From Podarcis pityusensis (taxonomy: Eukaryota): a stretch of 64,000 nt of DNA. The stretch lies in NCBI GenBank assembly GCA_964106645.2, contig OZ067041.1. One strand, given 5' to 3'. A program made the translations under genes and the position numbers. Under the pieces are notes generated by a model. The model was not told the DNA's origin, made no database searches, and saw only the letters and a list, made by a program, of their open reading frames with translations. Below, in pieces: positions 13,487-24,715 of the stretch; the first letter of the stretch is position 1; every line of letters starts with the position of its first letter.

Positions 13487-14434
13487 CAGGGGTGGAGGAA
13501 GGGGGGGTGCAGTGGGGGCAGGCCGCCCCGAGTGTCCCCACTGAGGCGGGTGACAAAATGCCGGGCGGCACTTAACATGGGGCCTGCGGCACACCCGAGC
13601 CACACGTCTCTCCTGGGAGTGACAAGGTGGCTTGGGCACCTGCAGGCTCCGCGCTGTCCCAAATGGTCCACCTGCTGCCTCTCCTTCAGCTGTAGGACAG
13701 CTGAGTGGGAGGAGGCAGGCAGACTCCTTGGAGGCCCTGTGGAGCGTCCTGCCCCTGGGTGCAGGGCATGCGTGCCACCCCAGGCTGTGCTGGGCCCGGG
13801 GGTAACCTAAGCAACATGGTCCAGTTCCAGTCCCAAATCCAAGGGTTCGGCGAGGATTCAGTCCAACAGGGCCAAGGCAGGACACAAGGCAGAAAACCAG
13901 GTAAGGTCAGGCACAGGATCTCAGGTAGGTTCTGGCAAACAGCAACGTTGCTCCCGCAACCTGGGGCGGGGTCCAACAGCCTTTTATCTCTGATGGGGTA
14001 ATGGCCGGTCCTGATCCCCCAGTGACTCACCTCCCTGTCTCGCCCGAAGGCAATCACTCCTCCTGCGAGTACTCAGGTCTCTCCTTCTCTCAGACCTCAG
14101 TCTCTGCAGCTCCGGAAATGTCGGTGGGTTACTAGACCCAGAGGCCACCTCAGCCTCTCCTGACCCAATCGGTAGCAGAGCAGTTGTAAGTGATTGCCCG
14201 GCTGAAGGCAACGAGGTAATCCTCACATCTGGAGCCAGGGCAGGCTCAGGCCCCTGACTCGGCCCAGCTGGTGTTTGTTGCAGGGGAATCTGTGCAGACT
14301 GGGGCTCTTCAGAATCAGGCCCCAGACTTGGTTCAGATGCCGCCTGAGGCAAAGCATCCGGTGTGGACTGAGACTCCTCTGGCTCCGAGTCCCAGGCCAT
14401 CACACAGGCGCCTGATCGGCTTGCTCCACCACTG
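13487..14434. mobile_element. GC-rich hAT MITE hosting a solo LTR
   Basis: TIRs CAGGGGTGGAG / CTCCACCACTG; 8-bp TSD AATGTTTT / AATGTATT; one end resembles the elements at 34677 and 45641. Confidence 0.8.
13786..14404 (-). mobile_element. Solo LTR (Ty3/Gypsy-like), 619 bp
   Basis: TG...CA termini with inverted ends TGTGCTGGGCC / GGCCATCACA; perfect 5-bp TSD CAGGC (13781-13785, 14405-14409); TATA-like GATAAAAG on the minus strand near 13985. Confidence 0.88.
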
Positions 14435-14649
14435 AATGTATTGTGTACATCTCAGGGGTGCGGACCTCATTCCCTTGTCAGAAGTTTTCCAGAGGCTGCC
14501 CATCTGCCAGTCGGCAGGGCCAGAGGTAAATGTGGGTGGAGAAATTGATGCACATCTTGCCTTTCCACAGTTGGCTACTTTCCATTCGTGCAAAAACTAG
14601 CAGTTCCTGCACACACACGTTCCTCTGTCTAGGCAAACAAGAGGCAGAA

Positions 14650-14810
14650 AGCTGCAGCCAAATGCTTAAGGGAGCTTCTACTTGAGAAGATGTGACACCA
14701 TTGTTAAAACAGCTGCACTGCCAATCCAGCTTCAAGGTTCTTGTATCACTTTACATAAGCCTGAACAACTTGTGTCCAGGATATCTCAGGAATTGTCTGA
14801 ACCCTTATAT
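14650..14810 (+). mobile_element. Old L2 ORF2 fragment
   Basis: Translation TPLLKQLH...FKVLV..Y..LNNL.PGYL is typical of L2. Confidence 0.7.
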
Positions 14811-16164
14811 CAAAATCTTTTTCTCTGAAACGCCAACAAATGTGAAAAGCTGGGGATCCCCCCCCCCCTTAAAACATCCATGACAGTCTTGAAAACTTGC
14901 AAACCTTTGGAGATGGTTAATCAAATTTCAGCAGCAGATGGAAACCTCAAAACAACCATCTCTTTCCCCCGCCACCAAATAAAGCAAGTCCAAATTTGGT
15001 TTATATTGTAAAAGTGTTTTAAAATTCTGCTACAATTTAAATTAGTTTGATTGGAAGCGGCCCTATATGTGACAGAAAAGTGAGGAACACATTGTTTATT
15101 TACTTATTTATCTACCTAAACACATTTGCAAACCACTTAATGTTTTTAAACAATCTGTATTAAATTCTACTAAATAAAATTGGTTTCACCTTCTGGAAGC
15201 GGCAGAGAGGGAGAGCTAGGCAAACGTCTCTCATATGTGCTCCTATTCATTCCCTTAACTCCTTGCTTAATCTAAGGAATAGAAGAGGAAAATTCTGACA
15301 GCTCCCTTCAAGCTCCAATTTTAGTGGCCCACCTCTGAGTCAGGGTTAGCAAATTTGACAGATGACCACAAGCCCTGTCATATTATACTGCTTTATACAT
15401 TCCCTCATTCTGCAAATGAGAACATCCAAGCTCTGATGGATGCCTTTGTATGAATCCTCAGATTTTAATGGCTGTCTGTGAACCACGTCCAGAACTGATC
15501 TCACTCTCTACATTTTTGAAGACTTTGTCAGATTTAGCTACCCCAACATCTTTTCTTATTAAGCAGCTATCCCATTTTAGGGAATATTTTACAAGCGATA
15601 CTTCCATATTCTTGCATTGCTGTCTGTAGCAGTTGCTTCTTAAAATCAGCCTCATATTCATCCATGGATCCCAAACTTCTATTTTCAAGTCACCTGAATG
15701 TGGATCCAGACAGGAAGGGACCTTGGGGTCTCAAATTTCACTGGCACCTTATGCAACGCCAAAATTCAGCACCCACCACCACCTCTCACACTCCATTCTA
15801 AATAATAGTTGCAGTGTCCCCTGAGGTTCACCCCAAGGCTCCATGCCCAGTGCGACCAAATGGGTCAGGTTTCCAGAAATCCACCTCTGATCCAGAAAGC
15901 CCTTCTGTGAGAATTGCTTCTAAACCCAGCAGCTGCTGCAGCCCTAAACCACATTACATGTTATTCCAGAAGGAATCCTGACACTCAGATGTGACTCATG
16001 AGAGGGCATAGAAGCTGCAGGGGAAAGAGATAGAGAGAAAACCCCACTGTGGAAGCAGAACTTTACCCCACAGTTCTCATGACCAATGCTATTATAAGCC
16101 TTCCATTTCTTAAGTCTTCTTCAGGCATTCAGTTTGAACATACAAAGGGGCACGCTGGAAAGTA

Positions 16165-16259
16165 CAGAGTAAATCCCAGGTTCAAACTCATGGATCATCA
16201 GGAAAGCTAGGAAAGACTGAAATCCTGCAGAGCTACTGCCAGTCAATATTGAGCTAGAT
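16165..16259 (+). mobile_element. tRNA-derived SINE with CR1-like tail (interrupted by MITE)
   Basis: CCCAGGTTCAAACTC B-box-like motif and GAGCTACTGCCAGTC...GAGCTAGAT body shared with copies at 20590, 22410, 26930 and 53145. Confidence 0.6.
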
Positions 16260-16397
16260 CAGGTGTGGGGTACCTTTAGCCCTCCAGGTGTTGCTGAACT
16301 ACAACTCCCATAATCCCTGACCATTGGCCATGGTTGCTGAGGCTGATGGGAGTTGTAGTTCATCCACATCTGGAGGGTCAAATATTCCCCACACCTG
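16260..16397. mobile_element. Palindromic hAT-Charlie-like MITE
   Basis: TIRs CAGGTGTGGGG / CCCCACACCTG; internal ACTACAACTCCCAT / ATGGGAGTTGTAGT palindrome; perfect 8-bp TSD AGCTAGAT. Confidence 0.92.
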
Positions 16398-17255
16398 AGC
16401 TAGATTGGAGCAATAGTTTGACTATTGGTTCCTGTGTTCCCCTTGGTGCTGATGTGCATGTCAGGTGCATTCCCTGAATTAATGCATCGTGTCCAGTGCA
16501 CGCATTGTCACTGAGGGGAAGAGACTTGCCTTTCACATTCCCAATTGCCCCTGTCATACATTCAAACTGAACATCTGAGGAGTTTGGAGACCTCAGAGAA
16601 CTATATTCAGTGCTCTGTGTGTGTGTGTGTGCCTGCACTCCAGTGGGAATGCTACAAGAGATCAGACCATCACGATCTGGGCTGAGATCTGGGAATCTCA
16701 GTTTTCATTTGGCATTAGACTTTCTTCTAGTCCTGATGGAGGAAGAATGTGTGTGTGTGTAGGCAGAAACGTATCAATATTGTAAGATTTGGAATTCCTA
16801 GGCACAGACATCTGGTTATCTTACTACAAAAGTGTAGGTGTTATGGAAGGAAGGTGGTTGGCATTGAATATATTCATTTATGATTATGGGTTTGATTTTT
16901 TTTTTTTTTTTTTAGTTATATCAGTAGAGCACCGATAAGCAATTCCTAGTCTGCCTTTTTCATTAGCATGCAAATTAAAACTATGAAAGAAAACGGTCTT
17001 TTTAATGTTTCCCCTTTCTATAGCAGGATCACTTTTTGTCCTTCCCTTTGTCCAAAGCACATGCTCATATATTAAAGACAACTGCAGAGTTCTGCCTTAG
17101 TACCTCATCAAACAGTTGCAGCATTAAATCAAAATTCCTGGACAGAACCTCATTGGAAACTCTTCTGTGAAAAAAAGAGAAGACTGGGAGGAAGGAAGGA
17201 AGGAAGGGAAGGAAGGAAGGGACCACAAAAACGAGTTGATATCTTTCAATTATTC

Positions 17256-18402
17256 TGGGGGCCTCTAGGGGGCGCATCGGAAGATGGCTGACAATAACAT
17301 CTCTCCGACCCACACGAGGTAATTTGGAGGCTATGATGGGAGTAATTAGCCTCCCTAACCCCCCCCCCAGGACGGTGGGGGGGGCTGCCTTTGCCTGCTG
17401 TGCCCTATACCACCCCCGAACTTGTGGGGATGGGGGCACTAGGCACAAAGCCCTCCTGTGGGATTCCAGCACTCCTGGACGCCGTCCCTGATTCGCGCCA
17501 CTAGCTGCTAGAACTTCAAAAGAAAACAATTTGGATGAAGGAATGCACATATTTCAAGGAAGGAGGGGAGTAAAGACTGCTATAGAAGAGATCTCTGATA
17601 AAACAAGACAAGAATAAAACATGAGAAGATACGCCAAGACACGGTATGGCAAATGACTGATGGGGGAGGGGAAAAAAACTTTCCTTTCTTTTCTTATGTG
17701 ATTAACAAGAATCCCCTCCCCTCACGAGTCACGAGTCAGAAATGTCGTTTTAAGGACTTAAGCTGTGGATTTAAGGCTGTGTGGAGATAAACTTTCGAAC
17801 CAAAGCATGTTTTAAGAAGAGCGAGGAATGTATAAGAGCTTGGGAATGACGCAGTTAAAAATGCCATCGCCATATTGGGAAGTTCTGTCGGAGGTCTTGA
17901 GTCTGGGAGGAGAAAGAGAGAAATAGAGCTGTTTCTATATTGTGGGTGGAACTCCTCAGAGGGACTTAAGAGCGACAGCTTTGCGAGATGGAAAGAGTGA
18001 TGTTATCTATGAAGGCGATGATATATGGAAACCATCTCGATTTGAGGAATGGAAGAACGGAAAATTCACACAGGATTATTATTATTATTGGTGTTTATCG
18101 GCTTAAGGAGACTATCAGAAGAGATCATAAAGAAAAAAGAGAAAATATATAAACAAGATGTGATGTGGAAACAGCAAGATAAGACTGGATAGAATTATGA
18201 ACTCTGTTTGGACTGATTTGGACTGATTTGGACATTAACGCAGTAGCAAGAAGATGATCAGAATCCCCCTTCGGATCTTGAAATATGGGTCCCCCCAACA
18301 AAATTTAAAATTCGGCTTTGTAATTCGGAATTTATGTGATGTGATTTAATTTGATTTGATTGACCGGTTAATAAAAATTATTTAAAAAAAGAAAAGAAAA
18401 AA
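17256..18402 (+). mobile_element. Non-coding poly(A) retroposon (L1-mobilised type), ~1.15 kb
   Basis: Perfect 18-bp TSD GATATCTTTCAATTATTC (17238-17255, 18403-18420); AATAAA at 18370 plus A-rich tail; GC-rich head with AAGATGGC. Confidence 0.88.
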
Positions 18403-18934
18403 GATATCTTTCAATTATTCCAGGAATGTTGCAGTACACAACAATTTTCAACTCTGGTTAATAGTAGTGATAGATGGATTACTCCCCCTCTGATATATAA
18501 ATGGCTTCTGTGAACTGGCTTATCCAGAGCCAGAATGGGAGGACAATGAGGTCTGAGCCCTCTTCCAACTCTGTCCTTCACTTTTCTGCCTTGCTGCTAG
18601 AAAGCCTCCAGCCTTTTCTGCCGGCCTTTCATCTGCTTCCCTCTGCCATCATTCTCATCAACAACAATGGCAAGAAAGAGAGTAAGGCTGTTCTTGTCCC
18701 ACTCTTTTCAGTTCCCCAACCTCAGTGCTGCTTTGGCTGCAAGCCAAGTACCCGTAATCAGAGTAAATCACATTTCCCAGTGCTCCTGATGACTGGATCA
18801 GTAGTATAGCATAAGGGTTAAGCACAGGAGACACAACGAAAGACTCCGCTCCTTCCTGCTGCTGCCAGAAGAATAGGAAGGGTGGAGGGTTCAGGATAGA
18901 AGGTTGGGAGAGAGAGAGGGAAGTCATGTGGATT

Positions 18935-19010
18935 CGTCACATGGATTCAAACTGCCAATCTTCCGATCAGCAAGCCCAAGAGGCTCGGTGGCTTAGATCA
19001 CAGCACTACT
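18935..19010 (-). mobile_element. Sauria SINE head fragment
   Basis: GATCAGCAAGCCCAAGAGGCTC...CACAGC is the reverse complement of the SINE head. Confidence 0.8.
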
Positions 19011-20589
19011 ACTAAATCAGGCCCCTTGCTACTAGAGCTGAAAAGCAAAGCAGTGTCATTCCTCATCGCCAATAAAAAGCAGACCACAAGCAAGATAATC
19101 TACACAAATGATAGTCCAGTGGCAGCAACAATCAGTGAGTGGCCAGCACTTCCCATTTGGGATAACCAGCATTTTGATCTCCCATGGCTCCTGTGCTTTT
19201 CAAGATTGTAGGCTAGGCAGCAATGAAACAGGTGCAGTAGTTGCTCCCAACAAGAAGGCTCTGTAAAAAGAAGAGTGTTTTGCCTTTTACTTGCTTGTCT
19301 CACACACAGCTTTCAAATCCACAGGGCTATGACATGAACAGGGAAATTTTGCAAACAAGGGAATTCTATCTAATATATCATTGAGGTTTGAATAGGGAGC
19401 TGCAGTTATTCCAGCCCACCCACAATTTTCAATACCCAGACATTAGGTCGTGCAAATATAGTCACTCTAGTGTAAATATACCATATATAATTCCTCCTAC
19501 TCCCTGGCTCATTGTCTGAGCAGGTCATTAAAGAACCTGACAGTCAGACAGCCTAAGCTAGGCATTCCCTTACTCGGCTTTTTAGTTGACTCTACTCTTG
19601 GTCAACTGCCCCTGCTTCTCTTGTTCCTCTGCTGTCTGCAAAGGATCATTTGCTTTCACCCTTGTGACAGAGTTATAACAAAATGCCCGTTCCCCTTCAA
19701 ATAAGCACAGCCCACTCTGTCTGCTACTATCAATGGATAAATTTTGCACACCTTGCACAAAGAGTTCTCTTTGCAATCATTTTGCTGTTCACAGAAGAGT
19801 TTTTACACTAGATAAGGAGGTATTTTAAATGCATTAGGAGTAAGATATATTATAAGGTATTGTGACTTTTGTTGTATTCACAGACATTTGTGTCAGCAAA
19901 ATAGTCATGACTATGACCATGAATGCTATTTAACTGTTCAGATTTCCCCCTGCCTTCAAATTATAAAGACTAGGGCATAGAATTCATCATGTCTTGTGTG
20001 CACGCACGACACTGATTTTTTTTAAAGCAAGGGAATAAAGTGTCCTGTTCAGAGACCTAAGTAGCATACTGAGTACTGTTAGAATGGGTACAAACAAAAT
20101 AATAATAATGAATACTGGCATTTTATCTTTTGAGGTTATGGTTTTCAAACTCTGTTCTGGTACCATGGCAAGCAATTATCTGTACACTGGCAAAGAGAGA
20201 GAGAAGAGCAAACTAGGTTAGGAGGTCCAATAATGCAGAAAGTAGGATTGCTGGATTTGTGCCTCAACTTTGATCCAAAGGCCAAAAGCTAAGAGTTGTT
20301 AGAATCAGAGACCCACAGAAACTGCAACTCTAAGCCTAGACTCCACCAAGGGGCCGGCTTTGTTACCCCCTGGGGGTAACCCCATTTACTATCTCAGCAG
20401 GACAACCCAAAAAGTGATAGCAGAAAGGCAACAGGTTTCAGGCCAGAAAAAATTGCTCTCTTTACTGCTCTTGGAAGAGGTAGTCTGCTCCAAGGTTATA
20501 CAAAAGTTCAATCGAAACCAAGTGCTTGTCAATTCTCTGTCCAAGGTTCTGAACAAACCTGTATCTTTGTGATTTTGGTCCAGAATTTT

Positions 20590-20718
20590 GACTGTACCGA
20601 CTAGTAGCAGCTTTCTGGGGGTTTCAAACAAGGATCTTTCCCAGTTCTACCTGAAGATGTTGAGAATTGAAGCTGGGACATTTTGCACGCAAAGCAGATG
20701 GTCTACCACAGAGCTCCC
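20590..20718 (-). mobile_element. tRNA-derived SINE (CR1-tail family)
   Basis: TTCCCAG..CTACCTGAAGATG...ATTGAAGCTGGGAC...GCAAAGCAGATG..CTACCACAGAGCT, the reverse complement of a tRNA-like head. Confidence 0.65.
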
Positions 20719-22409
20719 CAGTTCACCAAGGATGGTGAGGGACAATAGCCTTTTCAGACCACACCAGGGTGAATGTGTGGAGTTGGAATTGCACCCACAG
20801 GCCCCATCTCAACCCCTGCGTGTTCATCTGAACCTGTGCACACACCATATGTACACAGGCTCCATGCACAGGTTTGGATGAATGCACAAAGGTTAAGATA
20901 CAGGACCATTGGGTGTCACTGAGATTCCCATGCTGTCACATATTTATTTTGCCTGAAAAGAGGGAATATGTATTGGATGTTCTTTGCTGGGAAGATCATT
21001 AATGGCGTGTAAGCTTCTTTACCACTTTCTGCTTTTTAAGTTTAAAAGAAAGGGGGTAAATGTTTAAAGAGCATTGCCACTACCACTTCCAAAGAATAAT
21101 ACCCAAAGAAATTTTGCAGAGTTTAACACCATTCTGAAATGGCTCTCCTTTATGTCTAAAAGTCCAGTAAAGTAAGCTTTCAGTTCAGACCTAGTTTCTA
21201 TTTGATTTATCTAAAGAGAGGAATACTGAGCCATAAAAGATAGCACCAAGTATGGGGCGTATCTCATACATGTAATTTTGAAGGCAGATGATATGAAACT
21301 TGTTGTTCCAGGCAATGTAACTTGGTTTTATGGTTTTGCATTGCTGACTTCCCTCTTGAAAGAAAAATTGATTTACATGATAAGAGAATGCCTGATGTGA
21401 TAAGGGAATAAGGATAATATAATTATTTTAAACACCTCGCAATGGTTCTCCTACACAAAGAGTAGTGCTATTATAATTATTATAAAAACTACCCAGAAAA
21501 AATGACTGTTCCAAGAGATTTTCACATTCACAAGCAAATCACTAGCCACCAGATCAGTTTGAACACGGTAGTTACTACTCTAGGTCACCAGTTGAATTTT
21601 TAGCATAAAATTAAACAAAAACTGCACAGGGGTGAAGGTAAAGTACAATGTTGCATTGGCATTGTCAAGTTTTCACATTGGCAAATACAGGAAGATATGT
21701 TAGGGATTCGAATGCCAGTCTTTCTTTGACTTTGATACCCATTCATAAAATAAGGATGTTGATACAACTCTGACTCTGATTCATGTGTTATATGCATGAA
21801 GACTGATCCATGCACAGAAGAGGAAGCATGGTCAAGTTGCTGCCCCCATCCTCAATGTTGCAACCATCCCTGGCCCCTCATCCCAGCATCCATGCATTGA
21901 TCATGGATGTCTGACAAGGAAAGCCCACATGTGTAGAGCCCAGTGTTCACGGGCTTCCTTTTTTCAGACATCCACATTCAGTGCCCAGATTTCAGGGGCA
22001 GGGATGATTATGACATTGGGTATGGAGGTGCCATCCTCCATGAAATGAAGTCCTCTTCACCTGTATATAATGCAAAGTGGGCCAGTAGAATGTGGAAATC
22101 TGGACTCATTATGTGGCAGTGTGATAACTCTCAAGAGCTATGCATAAACCAGCTCTTTCAGAGGTATAACATCATCCCTTGCATTTAAAAAAAACAAAAC
22201 GGGTTTCTTTGTTTTGTTTTCCCACTTCCCATTTTAGATTCTAAGCTTCTTGGGGCAGCAACCCATCTATGCTGTATATGTAACTCTGTAAAGCATCGTG
22301 ATGGTGACAGGCTTGCTACCATATGTAGAGAAAAGTGTGAGCCCATTAGATAAAGAAGTCTCTCCTCCAGAGTCTCACTGAAATCTGACCAACAGGAAGA
22401 ACATATGAA

Positions 22410-22574
22410 CAAAGAATATTGCCTTAGACTGTTGGTCTACCTAACTTAGTATTCTATACTGATGAGCAATAGCTTTCCTGCTTTTCAGACAAGAGTCTTC
22501 CCCAGCCCTACCTGAAGACACCAAGGATTGAACCTGCAACTTTTGAGAGCATGTGCTTTACCACTGAGCAACGG
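22410..22574 (-). mobile_element. tRNA-derived SINE (CR1-tail family)
   Basis: Same family as 20590 and 53145 (CCCAGCCCTACCTGAAGA...GGATTGAACCTG...TACCACTGAGC). Confidence 0.65.
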
Positions 22575-23124
22575 TAAGAACTTTTAGCTTAACCTGGTTT
22601 GGGGCAGAGTTAATGCAAAAAGGGAAAGGGGCTTTAGCCTTTTTCGCTTCCACTGTAACACTTTGGTTTAAGTGGGTATTTAGCATTTTTTTATTAATCC
22701 ATATTTCCTAACCTCAAGCTGAGTTTTAAACAGCTAATAGGGATTGTTTCAGCCCAAAGCTGAAAGAAACTGAGCAGATGGACAAAGGCAGTTTCAAATA
22801 TGGCAAAATTCCCTAGCAGGGATGTTAACTAAACACTTAATCTTCTTAGAGGTAATCACATTACCATTGTTTAGAGTTTTAAATTAAGATTAGGTTTCAA
22901 TTCAAACATGACACATAGATGCCCCATGCATGCAAGAGGTCAGATCGCATCATCATAATGGAACCTTTTCACCTCTTGCCCCATGAAACCATTTCTTAAA
23001 CCGTTTCTTAATTAAGGAGCACATTTCTGAGAGCCATCTCTGCTTGACTTCAAAAAGGCAATGTGTTGCATCCTTCATACACAACAGGGCTTCTCCAGCT
23101 TCCCATCCCACTGCAGCACTTTCT

Positions 23125-24500
23125 ATTTTATAAATATTTTTATTCAGTTGCCAATACAAAATTATACAATCAAATCATCATTTTTATCACCCATAGCTCC
23201 TTTTTTTAACTTCCCTCAGCTTGTCTGATAATCATCCATTTTACTTACTTCTTCCACATTTCTTAATTTAATATTGCACTACAATATTATTTTACTCTTT
23301 ATCTTATTTTTTTAACAATATTTCTCGCATATATTATCACAAAACTTCTTTAAAACTTACAAACGTTATCTGATTATCACTTAATTTTTGCATATATTCT
23401 GTAAATTTACTCCAGTCTTCAGTAAATCTCTGGTCACGTCGGTTCCGCATCCTTTCTGTTAATTTATCAAGTTCCGCATAGTCTATCATTTTCATTCTCC
23501 ATTCTTCCATCGTAGATAGTTCTTCTTGTTTCCATTTCTGGGCCATCAATATTCTTGCTGCTGTCACCGCATATAAAAACAATTTTCTTTCTTTCTTATT
23601 AATCTCATTACCTATTATTCCTAGTAAAAATGCTTCTGTTTTTTTAACAAATGTATATTTCAACATTTTCTTCAATTCATTATATATCATTTCCCAAAAG
23701 CCTCTTACTTTTTTACACTCCCACCACATGTGATAAAACGTTTCTTCTTTTTCTTTACATTTCCAACACTTATTACTTGTTTTATACATCTTTGCTAACT
23801 TCACTGGTGTTGTATACCATCTATACATCATTTTCATCACATTTTCTTTTATTGTAGTACATGCAGTGAATCTTATTCCCTCCTTCCATAATTTTATCCA
23901 ATCATCTAATTGTATGTTACATCCAAAATCTTTGGCCCATTCAATCATCACTCCCTTCACTTCTTCATCCTTCGTATACCATTCCAATAATAATTTATAC
24001 ATTTTCGCCAAGTTTTTCATCCCATTATTCAATATCTCTTTCTAAAACTTTGATTCCTTATCAGAGAAACCTCTTTGATTCAAATCCTTCTTAAACATTT
24101 CATTAATCTGAAAATAGTGCAGCCAATCATTAACATATTCTTTGACCGCTTCATATGGTTTCATTTTCCATTTGTTTCCTACCCTTATTATTAACTTCCC
24201 ATATGTCGCCCAATCCCCCCTCATATTTGTCTTTTTCACACTCATTGCCTCCAATGGAGATAACCAAAGTGGGGTTTTGGGCTCCAATAAATTCTTATAC
24301 CTCTCCCATACTTCAATGAGAGATTTACAGATAATGTGGTTTTCAAAATTCTTATGAACACGTTTCTTATCATACCACAGATATGCGTGCCACCCAAATC
24401 TATTATCAAAACCTTCCAAATCTAACAGTTCTGTGTTTTCTAATTTCATCCAATCTTTTAACCAACAGAGGCAAGATGCCTCATAATATAATTTCAAGTC
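23125..24500 (-). mobile_element. 5'-truncated L1 LINE: ORF2 C-terminus with zinc knuckle plus 3' UTR
   Basis: DLKLYYEA...CWKC-x8-HMWWEC (zf-RVT); one continuous frame 24500-23337 broken only by a stop at 24042; minus-strand AATAAA at ~23140. Confidence 0.93.
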
Positions 24501-24599
24501 TTTCTGCCCCTGTCCAGAGACTATCAGTGAAGACTGAAAACTATCCAAAGTGGGTTTCAACACAGCATGAAGAATTGCATTTAGGAAGAAAAATCAGAG

Positions 24600-24715
24600 A
24601 CAAATGGAGGGCAACCGAAATGATTGAGGGAATGGGGAAACTCCCCTGTGAGGCAAGGTTACAGTATTTGAGGTGTTTTGGAGAAGAGGCAAGTAAGAGG
24701 AGATTGGATAAAGGT
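24600..24715 (+). mobile_element. CR1 ORF2 fragment
   Basis: RATEMIEGMGKLPCEARLQYL matches the CR1 RATKMI.GLE.L.YEERL motif. Confidence 0.75.

Noticed and set aside
17065-17550. 161-aa minus-strand ORF
   Set aside because: It runs antisense across the retroposon head, its TSD and a (GGAA)n tract, so it is a junction artefact.
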